Positions 1 through 10,688 of a stretch of DNA of 38,229 nucleotides are shown here, in pieces; the stretch's first letter is position 1, and every line of letters starts with the position of its first letter. A program made the translations under genes and the position numbers. The notes beneath the pieces are model-generated. The model saw nothing but the letters and a program-made list of their open reading frames with translations. It made no database searches and had not been told where the DNA came from. Source of the DNA: Sphaeroforma arctica JP610 (Eukaryota); assembly GCF_001186125.1 (NCBI RefSeq), contig NW_014040285.1, positions 14,032 through 52,260 of the forward strand, written 5' to 3'.

Positions 1-295
1 CGTGTGTGCGTGTGTGCTTGTGAGTGTGTGTGTGTGTGTGCGTGTGTGCGTGTGTGTGGGTGGGTGTGTGCTTGTGAGTGTGTGTGTGAGTGTGCGTGTG
101 TGTGTGAGTGTGCGTGTGTGTGCGTGTGTGTGTTCATGTGTCGTTTGTGTGTGTGTGTGTTTGTGTCGTTTATTTGTCTTTGTGTGTCTGTGTCCGGTTA
201 TGTGTGTGTTGGGGTTTTTTTTATTGCGAGTGTGTGCGTTGCGTGTGTGTACGTGCGTGCGGTGTGTATACGCGTGGTGCTGTGTTTGCGTGCAA
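1..295. repeat. Degenerate (GT)n/(CA)n microsatellite, probably intronic
   Basis: Nearly continuous gtgt/gtgc dinucleotide run. The Cys/Val-rich ORFs over it are artefacts. It lies downstream of the GTATGT donor of the 389-608 exon on the minus strand. Confidence 0.95.
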
Positions 296-388
296 AGGGC
301 TGATGTAGATCGGTATAATATCTATTTTGAATATACTTTCTGTATTTGTGAGTATATACTGTAAAGCTGTATAAATTCACGAACATAC

Positions 389-608
389 TCTTCATTCCCT
401 CATTAAGCTCTCGCAGATTCTTCTCCGTTATCGACAGTGACTGATTGAGCGCAGATGTGTGCGCGAGCAGTTGCGATAACATAAGAAGTTCGGCTTTTTT
501 TGCGTCAACGATACTCATTTGCGCTCGTGAATCTGGTGGAGGTGGCGATTGGCTATTTTCGGAGTCCTCCCCATAGTCGGCATCGCATTTCACTGACTGA
601 TCTCTCAT
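389..608 (-). CDS. Coding exon of a small coiled-coil protein resembling DASH/Dam1 complex subunit Dad2; gene continues beyond the window start
   Basis: Translation ...RAQMSIVDAKKAELLMLSQLLAHTSALNQSLSITEKNLRELNEGMK resembles the Dad2 pattern (I..K..EL..L.ql...s..L..ql..l.ekl..l.dG). The exon ends at an A|GTATGT donor (388). A possible 53-nt intron lies upstream (668 GTAAGA to 616 TGCAG). Recognised by eye only. Confidence 0.5.
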
Positions 609-1247
609 GGCCTTACTGCAAGTTTGATTCGATCAGTGTGTATGTATGTATATACACGTAGCTCTTACCGTGTATTGACTATAGTAATATACGAATAAAT
701 ACAAGTCATGCATAGCCTATATGTTTTTCGAAACATTTACTTCTTTTTAATAATAAAACCCCCCCCATTTTCTGAACGAGGCTACTGGAGTCGGGAAGTC
801 AATAAAAATAAAATAATTTAAAATCACTTGTAGGCTTGTAAATAGCTTCTTCTGAATTCTATTTTTCTATATTTTTTATTGGATTTTGGCGGTCTCTCAT
901 TATCTAATATAAAAGGGCGACTATTTTTATGTGTGCATTATGTAGTACAAATAATAAGGTAAAAAATAAATAGCACTGCCGCTCAAGAAGTCTCGACACA
1001 GGCACTCGCTTTCAGAATTTCTACTATGCTACTGCGGATGTGAATCACCTTATGCTGGAAGTACATTTCAAAAGTGAGAGACATACGAGTATCAACTGAT
1101 TTTGGCGACTTCGCTAATAGACGTATACATACAGTGAATCATAAGTCAGCAGCACACGGCCAAGTAACGGCCACATGCACAGGGCCGACGCGATTCCATA
1201 CTATCTTACCGTCCTGCTGTAGTGATTTGAACGGTTAGAATAGTGCT

Positions 1248-1460
1248 ATGTTGGATTCGATCACAGAATGGCTGCTACCAATACTGGATCCTATATTACA
1301 CATACTGATGAGTACTACACTACAGTATGTTGTGGTTGCCTGCTTGATGTGGTACTTGATTGCACAAGGACTTAATTGCCTGCTTGACAACCAAAGACCG
1401 CGCACCGTCAAAAAATATAAGGATGTGCGTAAGAAACCGAGGCGAATCTCCCAGTTTCCG
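1248..1460 (+). CDS. Probable first exon of a small membrane protein of unknown function
   Basis: ATG 1248, hydrophobic segment (LQYVVVACLMWYLIAQGL), then a basic tail, ending exactly at a CCG|GTAAGT donor (1461). An in-frame acceptor TGCAG|GTTTTC follows at 1558. Later exons were not resolved. Confidence 0.45.
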
Positions 1461-2633
1461 GTAAGTATTTAATACACTATCACATTTCAATTGGTGATAC
1501 GTCAATGTTTCCCACGTCGTTATATTCTACAATGATATAAGCATTTGCCAACTGCAGGTTTTCATCAATCGAATGGTCAGTGCAAGGTACTAGGCGTTTG
1601 AGTTTGACTGTCGGATCATTGTATATCATCTAGCCGTAAGTTAGTTTGGAGTATTCTAGTGGTTGTAGTGTGTAGTATCTAGTTATAATGGAGGTTTTTG
1701 TTTAAAACATGGCAAAAGAGTCAGTTCATACATCCTTGAGGGTCAACGGGCATATCTATTCGTATATTTGTTGGAATATTCCAACCGGCTTCCTTGTCTT
1801 ATCATTGTAGGTCATTTCGAAGTTTATTCGTATCATGTTTTTCCCGTTTAGTATATGTAGTGAATTTCCAGCGTGCATCTGACCGCCGTTACGTTTGTAT
1901 CTAGTTCTCCAAGTAGGTTACCAGAAGATTTAGGGGTGCATTAAGAAAAACCTTGCACAAGTCAACGTCGTCGTATGTTTTTTTGTTTCGTTATAGAACT
2001 GGTTGCAAAGTTGTGCATGTGTGTGTTGTGTTTGTTTCTGAGTGGCTCGGCATGTTCGTATGGTTCGTCCTTGTATATCTGCCAAATTAAAAAGGATGAT
2101 GCATCATAATAACGGTGTACGGTGCAATTCCGCACATAGTCCTGAGTAACGACCGATTCATTAACAGCTGCTCCCTGGTTCCGTTTTTTTGTCCTATTCG
2201 CCGATAAAATCGATTCGCTGGGTTTCATTGTTTTGTGAGTACCTTTTGGAGATGCAATGAATTATTGTCTTATTTCATATCCCTGCTATCTACAGCTATT
2301 ACTCGCTCTGAAACAAATAGTTATTTTCCTTTCCTGTCCAATTACACAACAGTCAAGACCTGAGCTTCTCATTTGGGAGCCTTCGTCTCCAGAGCTACCA
2401 TTACCAAATCCGAAGAAGGAGTTGCGGAGTGGTAGGAACAAAACGGGACTACCTTGATTTCAATGATTTGACACACACAAACCCCCCCCCCTTTATGTAG
2501 TAGCTTTAAAGCAATAAAAATAGTAATTTAGTGATTGAATTTATGTTAGTACCGAACATCTATATTTTTTTTGTGATCGAGTTCCATATGTATCCCAGAG
2601 TAACTATCCAGAGTTCCTGTAGTTCGGGGTGAA

Positions 2634-3758
2634 GTGGGAGCACAACACGCTAAGTGTTTATGCACAAATAGTGAGGAAGTATGTGGTGAGGTAGAGGGCT
2701 TTCCATCTTGTGTGACATACAATGGGAACCAAAAATTGTTTGTCGAGTACGTGGCCAAAAAACATGGCTATCGCTATGTGATCGAGTTCCATATGTATCC
2801 CAGAGTATTACTCTTTTGCGATGCCGCTACGTATCTGACACATATGTACTGGAGACCGGACTTCTCGCCGTGTGAACTGATTCTGCCACATGTTTCTGTC
2901 CGCGAATACCACGATTTGGATATGCGTGGCGATGCGACAGACAACGGCGCCAGTTTGCTATTAAATTCTGGATGCGCCAGGTCAAGATACTGCACTTCTG
3001 TATATGGGGACGAAAGTGACAAATATCAAGACGCGACAACGCTGACTGCGTCTAGGCCAGGGAAATCAGCTTTCCCGTCATTTACCACAGACACGTATTT
3101 CCGTTTATGGCGGAATTAGAGGACTACGTAACAGGCATTAAAACACTTCTGGCACACAGGGACGTCAAGGGAGTGAGCGACATTGTAGACTGGTCGGTGT
3201 ATGGATGCAGCCAGATGTTGCGGACACCATACGCAATAAAAGTAACGACGCTCGATGTGGAAGGCAAGTATACGTACAGCAACGTTGCGACATGTCGTCT
3301 ATTGTCATACATGCTTGACTTACAGGATGCGAATCGAGAAATTGAACCGTTACAAGAATATTCAAGACATTCATGTACCATCGTCTATGATGGAAATCAA
3401 TCTAAGCTCAGCACAAATGATTCTGGATATGAAAGTGATAACTTTTGTTACATTCGCGATTATAACTGCTGCGATTGTTTCGTACTGTCAGCGGTCTAGA
3501 CATAAGCAAACTGGTGCTAATCTGTCTAGGGTAAATGAGTATCGTGTTGTATTGCAAAAGGCGATAGCTGCCTTCACCCTAGTGCTACAACGCGTTGAAT
3601 GGCGACAAATATCAATGGATCAGGTGATTCAAAATATTACCAAAGAATCAACACAGACCTTCAGTGTGTCCGGGATCGCATGGGAAGCCAATCGTGGGCT
3701 AGTGTGCAAAATTCATAGAGGTAGCCGCGCCCATACACTGTGCAAAACTTTGTCATAA
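2634..3758 (+). pseudogene. Intronless, frameshifted archaeo-eukaryotic primase (PrimPol/large-DNA-virus-like AEP) relic
   Basis: Motif I region CELIL...REYHDLD (DLD 2913-2921). After a frameshift near 3065 comes K-I-S-F-P-V-I (motif II SxH with CAC>CCC). Motif III region IVDWSVYGCSQMLRTPYAIK (D at 3188). A possible C-terminal Zn-finger remnant CKIHRGSRAH lies in a third frame. Confidence 0.65.
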
Positions 3759-4456
3759 CAGAGTCCATTTTTCTCTGTGTGTTAGCTTTGACACTGGGTT
3801 TGGGTACTGCAAATTGGAAGTGTGTCTTACATCCTTGTTGGATCGTATTGCGATCTGATTTCTTTTTCTAGTGTATGCGTTCCTGGTCGATTGCGATGAG
3901 GCAATCATTTAGCATGAAAGCTTTCGAGAGAGTAGCCCCTATAAGGATGTTTTTCTCGTCGCTAGGTGTGTCTGAGTCGCCGTATTGGTTGGCGATCAGT
4001 AAAAAAAGTCACAGTTTATTTATGTCGTATTTCCACATACAGCTCGTCTTCTTTTACGGCTTCGTCATATTCATGTAAAAATTATTTAGTGTTAGGGAGA
4101 GCCGGCTGCTTATTATTCATATTCTTGGGTGACATATGTTATAACCTCAGAGCAATCGTTTGTTAAAATTATTTTAGTAATGTATTAATATTAAATTATT
4201 TATTAAAATGTCCGAACACTTTAGATCATCTAACGAGTTACTGCCATGACGGGACAAGTCCAGACACGTTCAGACACGTTCTAACATGTTTCTCATCTAT
4301 GCGTTTGTGGGGTCCAAATATGTCAGAAACGGGTCACAAATCTGTTAAAATTTGGTACAAACTAGTAGAACATGCTTAAACGTTAAAAAACGTAAACGTC
4401 TAACTTATTGAAAAACACGATAAGTATCTTAAAGGAAAGTATACATAGGCATATAT

Positions 4457-4620
4457 ATGGTTTCATCTGAAATTGCAAAAGGCATTCTGTACGACACGAG
4501 CATCAAACACTGGAATGTAGCTGACATATTGGGGTGTAATGTAAGCACTGTACGAGGCTGGCGAAGGAGGTGTGCAATATCGCGAAAAGACTACGCTGGA
4601 CGACCGGTAATATTTGGGTT
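4457..4620 (+). mobile_element. Tc1/mariner/IS630-like transposase N-terminal HTH fragment
   Basis: VADILGCNVSTVRGWRRR.......GRP is the typical HTH plus GRP linker of this superfamily. No DDE domain is recognisable downstream. Confidence 0.55.
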
Positions 4621-5479
4621 TACGAAAACGCTAAAGCCTGTTTTGAAGATACCGAAGCTGCCCACGCGGGGTGTCAGGCACGATGGACAGAAGGCATCCG
4701 CTGATGATATACTCCAGCAGTTACACGCACAACATGAGAGAGACGAACAATGCATCCTTGTGTCAATCGGGACAGTATCTTTAAAAAAAGGGTTTCAGAC
4801 AACACACATTTTCTTTCACGCAAACGGTAAATACCCAAATATGGAAAAGTGCATGTAAAAAAGAAGGCGATTTCGCATTTGGCCAACTTTTAAGGTATTA
4901 TGGTGTTTGGACCGGAATAAAGGGAAATAACGTAAATAAATCAGTAGGTTCGCGAACAAAACGGTGTTTGAATTCACGTAATCTGCGAAGGTAGGGTGTG
5001 CACTACTCTGTTTACCCTAAGCAAGTCTGAGCAGTGTACTTCACTAAGTGAGATGGTATTGTTTTGTGCATAATATTGATGCTGCACTCCCTAAATCGAG
5101 TGTAAAAAGCCGCCACTCCCGCCAGTACACTTATACCGATCGCAAGTATAGACACGAGTTCCAATGGCATTCCTGATGTGCAAGGGTGAGAAGAGCGAGT
5201 CGCATACTGAGGTTAGTATCGTTCCGGGCCCTAAAAAGTGGTTGTCGGCCACAATATTCGAAAGTACAACTACAAGTGTACTAATAATATAGGATTCTGC
5301 ATCTGGTAATTCCTCCTCTGCGTGTATTCATTTCTAGCGAGCTGAGGCATCCAAATGAGTGAAAAACATACGAATAGCATTCTTTTAGTTGATTGGGATA
5401 GTGGAACCAGTACCACGGTACACCTATATATTGTGAGTCACATTATATGGATCTTCAATAGTTGACCGAAAGGGCTGGA

Positions 5480-6050
5480 TATACACGATTACATCGATTG
5501 CGGCCAGTTACCTTTTTTGTAGCTGTACGCTATTCAGCCCCAATCACACCGTATGTTAAAGTCGTCGATGAGTAACCCCTTTAAGTAGTTATCGTTGTAT
5601 CTGCTTGCGGAGGATCTAACTATTAAATCAGCAGGTCTCTTGGAGCCGATTCCAAGTCAAAAATTTAGTGAATTCATGAATTTCGTTCATAGTGCTTGGC
5701 CGCTATCACCCTGTTGTCCGTAGAAGCCTCGATCTTGTACATGTGTAGACATGCTGTATTTTTTTATTGCTCGGGACTATATTGGTAAATTTAGCCCACT
5801 GATTTACAACACAACGTCGATATTTTTGCGGAATATTCAGATATGGTAGGCCTCGCTGGATTGATGCGCTTGAGTAATATCAAGGCGGTTAGATTTACGT
5901 TTTTTCCATGGCCATCTACTATGGCTTGTGTTCCAGATAGCGATTCTAGCAGCGATGGTTTACTGATGACAATCAATGACGCGTTGGGTGCAGCGCGATT
6001 GCAAGCATATGGGATCGACTTTCTAGGTATAGGTTTGCAGCTGCATGTAT
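5480..6050 (+). pseudogene. Highly degraded non-LTR retrotransposon RT remnant
   Basis: Fragments in shifting frames: LRPVT (~5490-5510), GL..G.FSPLIYN..VD (~5772-5820) and IDFLG (~6015). Confidence 0.3.
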
Positions 6051-6736
6051 CCAGGATGATACCTGGCCATGTTGGTGATTGGACAGGTAGCCAGAGTCTA
6101 CAAAATGCAGATGTCAGAAACGCATTTGATTTATGGTGCTTCTACTTAATATTCGCAATAGGCTAAAATCAATCTTATGCCGACCAAGAATATCAGCATC
6201 ACTTCAACCCGATTGTATGCGAATACGATATATGTTTGTTTATTTGCTACCAGAGCTATAGGCCTTCTTGTAGCTTGGGCTGATAAAATAAGTCAGTGGT
6301 TCCTCGCAGTTAACATTGCAGTATGCTTACCAATAGAGTATGTCAGTAAGCTTCCGTGCTCAATATATTTTAGCGTGATGAGGGTGGTTCTCGAGCATAA
6401 GTGCCTATTTGCAAATCACTATCAACGGTCATCTATTAGCTACTCAGGATTTATGATTTGACCCAATTTCAACTGTGAAATTCTACCGGATTTAGCTTCG
6501 GAGCGCTTTGAATGCTACATAGTGTGAAGCATATTCACATACCACTATTATAGGCATCACACGAAGGTCGTGCGATTTGCCGATTTCCGCAGGTTGTAAA
6601 TCCATATTTACTGAGTAGAATACCTTCCAAGTAAAAATCACCTTACGAGATCTTATTTCGTTTACAAACATAAGGCAGTTGGCGGTTCCAATTGTTTTTT
6701 CTTGAGATATATCATACTTTTCTGTAAATATTTCGT

Positions 6737-6810
6737 CTCCGGATGGTCTAGCTGGTTATGACGGCTGCTTAACACGCAGCAGGTCGGCGGTTCAAGTCCG
6801 CCTCTGGAAA
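6737..6810 (+). tRNA. tRNA-Val (AAC), with C1:A72 mismatch
   Basis: CTCCGGA-TG-GTC TAGCTGGTTAT GAC-G-GCTGC TTAACAC GCAGC-AGGTC-GGCGG TTCAAGT CCGCC-TCTGGAA-A. A and B boxes are intact, and a T5 Pol III terminator follows immediately (6813-6817). Confidence 0.9.
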
Positions 6811-9800
6811 TCTTTTTCCTTAGTTGAGAAAAATAGTCAGAGTGCCTAAATTGACGCGTGTGTATATTGATTTACTTAATTTTGTTGTCATGATGTCGTG
6901 CACATTGATTCACTTACTTCTTTTGGCTATATTTGTTATCCAGCAGTTACATGATGGTACATATGGCAAATGTAGAATCGGCAAACATTCGTAACACTGA
7001 TATGGTTCTAATATTGTTGATATCGTTGCGCATATATTTATGAATGTATCGTACGTGCAAGTGCGTCACCTAGTCATGCCAAAGGGGTTTTCTGCAGTGC
7101 ATTTCTTACCTCACATTTTCTTGTATCCTAGGTGTCACGGTCCAAATCGATCCAGCAGCGCTGTATGTACCTACGGTAGATCTCTTGAAAGTATTATAAG
7201 AAGTGTAGACCCAAACAGGTTGGAAATGATACTCCTCGTGTGAATAAAGATATGGTACTGACCAGGTCTAGTTAAGGGCGCTTCTTGTATGTGCGTACTT
7301 CAACTCAATAAAATATATTAAGGCAGCGTGCAAATCATGGGATTTGTTTATTGTGCTGTCAGGAAACTTAAGAAATATTTCAACCGTAACGAAAAAGGCT
7401 CGAAAGCGAGGATAGTATATAGACTCCTGAATAGCCTATGACAAACTAGGACATGAAGACCGCATTCCTATCTGAAAAGTTGATATCGTGTGTACCCCTA
7501 AGCACTGATACTTGTATTCCTATTGCAGCTGCTGAAAGTGCAACGGGAATTGAGAAGATAAGCCCTGCCACTGTAGAAAATTAATGCCGCCATTGGTAGC
7601 TATTAGTCGGAAAAGGCAAGAAATTGTAAGCAGCTACAATATGATGTTGAGCATAACACACCTTTAATCACGACGTGGTGCCTGAGGCAAACATGACTTG
7701 ATCCTCATAGCTCAGTGTATATGCATAGCGTAGTGCACGCAAACAATGCCCATTGGAGGACGGTTCCATATCGAAAATAAAAACGTAAGTCCAATAAAAT
7801 CAAAATATATACTAATTTGGACAATAATCGGTTAACCATGGATGCTTGCCAGTCCTACGCATTGAAACATGATGAATCGATTGCCGTGCTGGATGATGTT
7901 GAAGAGTGAAACTATGCGATGAACATGTATTTTACAATGTGAATTTTTTACTTTACTTGTCATGTAATTATTTATATTTTAGTGTGTGTGTGTTCTTTTT
8001 CATCACTAGTCAGTGCATTAGGGTCATAATTTGTTAGGCACTAGGATATTTCACATATCTTTTTGGAACTTAAAAGTGTAAATATTCAAATTGGATTATG
8101 TGAACAAAACATGGCATTTGTATTTGTGCATTCGGTTGCGGAAAACATATATAGTAGGCATTTGTTTTCTACGCCAAAAAAAAATACAGCATCATGAGTT
8201 CATGCTAATTAACAACCTCGCAGAATTCAAAGTGAGAATAAGAAGACGGTGTGCCTAATTTTTGGTTACTACTTTCCTGCACACGCCAGTGACGATTATT
8301 CTTCTTTTTGTCCGCATGTATCATTTTGTTACTGTTCCCAGGACTGCGTGAGCTCGACAACACCACATATAGAACAAATCAACCGAATCAAAACAACTTC
8401 TACCAGAAGATCTGAAAGGTAATTGGGCAAATTGAATGAACACCTTTCCTACCGTACAAAACAAAAGCAATGAACCCATGATCTTATTTGTTTATATTCT
8501 TTAAGATACCTTGATGTCGAGATACTTTCTATGAATAATTCTCGTGATAATATCTAGGTGCAAGAATATTTGTACTACTAAGTTAGAGGTGCTGGCCAAT
8601 GCACAAACTTGTATCAAGCTTTTCCCTCATGAAAAAAAAAGTTGGTCGGTACTTTCTTCCTCGCCCGCAATCATCTCTGGTTGGATTATATTTTTTCAGC
8701 AGAAAGTAACATCGCTATAAACGATATCGCGAAGAGCTTATCTCTCGCGGACATTAACTTTGTATGTAAGAAATCATTGCATGCCAGGTAACATCTTTGT
8801 GCTCGAAAGAAAATACAATAAGAACCCACGACAGTGTGACATCAATCGCTTTAATTTCCTCTTCTGGGGCGTGAAACAAGCAACAACCTCTTTCTATACT
8901 ATTGTCGAAAATTAGCTCAGTGGTGCGCAGCTATTGTTCTGGAGTTTGCTGGATTTGATCTCACGATCTGCCAGTTGAAACGCAAGGTTTAGCAAAACCG
9001 CCTTAAATCAAACTCGCGCCGAATATCGATACACACGACCTTTGGCCAGCGCATTTGCATCTGTGTTGAGGTCATGCCACTATATTGGTTATCGAAAATG
9101 AATAAAAACGAACTGATGTTCCATTATCCATAGTTACATGTCTGTCATCTCTGAGCGCTATATTCATCTTACTTAGACCTATACTTCCATAGCTATCTTA
9201 TTTTGGGTTCTCTTATCGGGCAACTGGTGTATACACTTTTGATAACGACGTATAATATTTAAAATAACCTCACCGCTGTGTGTATTCGAGTACAAACATT
9301 TCTATGATAGTAACGTATAGTGTATTGAGAATACTTCATTGAGTAGGATTTAATTTAGGGAAGATAAGCTCTGCCTATGTAAGATTCGGTCTAATAAAGG
9401 CGATACTAATGCCTTACAATAAATAAACGCGTAGGTAAATTCTATATATCGTGTAAATATCGATATAAATAGACGAAATGAGACGTTTAATAAAGTTAGG
9501 TTTGCCTCGTGAAAATAGCAATAATCTGAGTGATTCTGAGGCTGAGACATTGCCTATATATAATCCTCTCAGTACTGTTTCCGCCGAAGGGATTTTATTT
9601 AGTGTTTCGTTGTCGCTCTATTTTGGGGCGAATCCGATAGACTCATAAAATCCTATCTTTGGAAAAATTAAAATTAAAAATTAAATATTCTTGACGTCTT
9701 TAGTTATTGTCTTAACCAATAACCTGCCACTATCAAGAATTACCGACTTAGCCTTCATCAGACTGGCACATCTGGTTGGCTTATCAGAGGATCAACTAGG

Positions 9801-10017
9801 TAACGTTAATAGTCCCTAGAAACCTATATTCGGTTGAGCCATCTCGCTACCGAAGCATTCAGATATAAATAAAATTGGAAAGTAAATAAAGCTCTATTAA
9901 TAGAACTAGACCAACTCTTTTATGTTTGGTATTTTACTGAGGCCTTTTAATGGCCTCATCCAAATATCTGATATGTTAAATGGAAAAGGTTTGATTAATA
10001 AAACCATTAAAACCCAT

Positions 10018-10160
10018 TTTAGGAAACTTAAGTTCCTCGTGCTATTAAGAGCACATTTAGGAGACTTAAGTTCCTCGTACTATTAAGAGTACATTTAGGA
10101 AACTTAAGTCCCTCGTACTATTAACAGTACGTTTATAGTTTGGGTACTGCTTAAGAGTAC
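10018..10160. repeat. 38-bp tandem double-hairpin repeat (3 units plus a partial)
   Basis: Units start at 10021, 10059 and 10097: AGGAAACTTAAGTTCCTC-GTRCTATTAAGAGYAC-ATTT. A fourth copy of the second hairpin lies at 10144-10160. Confidence 0.9.
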
Positions 10161-10241
10161 GTTTATACATAGAGTCTAATGTGGAGGCCCGGCTTATTAC
10201 ACCTACGAGATAGTAAATAGAAGTGTTAGTAACCATGTTTA

Positions 10242-10688
10242 TGGTGGAGAAGGTACTTGCGAGCTTGCACAGTATAGGAGGAGGGTATCTCACCTTGTCC
10301 ATTATCTTCTTAAACTTGAACTGACCACTTCTTCCCATCAATCTTTCCTGAACCACTACAGCGAATATGAGAGCCATACCATATGTTCATATATTGTATC
10401 ATATACTTGCCATTTTTGAAATAAATAATATTATCCCTATGGGACTACAGCTTTAGTGTAATATGAGAAGTAGGTTGGACTATATAATCGATGGTGACTA
10501 GTAGTCTACGCCAAATAAAATAGAGTATAAGGTCACTACTTCTCCATAATAATAAAAAGAGACAGAAAAGATAATATCCATCGATTCCCGATTAATAGAT
10601 GAGGGTGGTCTGGTGGAGAAGGTACTTGCGAGCTTGCACAGTATAGGAGGAGGGTATCTCACCTCGTCCATTATCTTCTTAAACTTGA
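10242..10688. repeat. 78-bp dispersed direct repeat (10242-10319 and 10611-10688)
   Basis: tggtggagaaggtacttgcg...cttcttaaacttga occurs twice with one mismatch. Confidence 0.95.

Noticed and set aside
2..364. Cys/Val-rich ORFs
   Set aside because: They are translations of the GT microsatellite.
4208..4912. Terminal inverted repeats for the HTH fragment (gtccgaacac / gtgtttggac)
   Set aside because: Only a 9/10 match with no clear TA target duplication; compatible with chance.
8905..8975. tRNA/SINE-like A box (TAGCTCAGTGG)
   Set aside because: No B box or cloverleaf follows.
9480..9670. LAGLIDADG/intein endonuclease resemblance (IGFYESIGF, LRGLYIGN)
   Set aside because: Motif order and spacing are not convincing by eye; left as unidentified.
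9740..9770. Hammerhead ribozyme core (CTGATGA on the minus strand)
   Set aside because: No GAAA after a stem II and no closing stems.
10018..10160. CRISPR-like 38-bp palindromic repeats
   Set aside because: The units are directly adjacent with no spacers.
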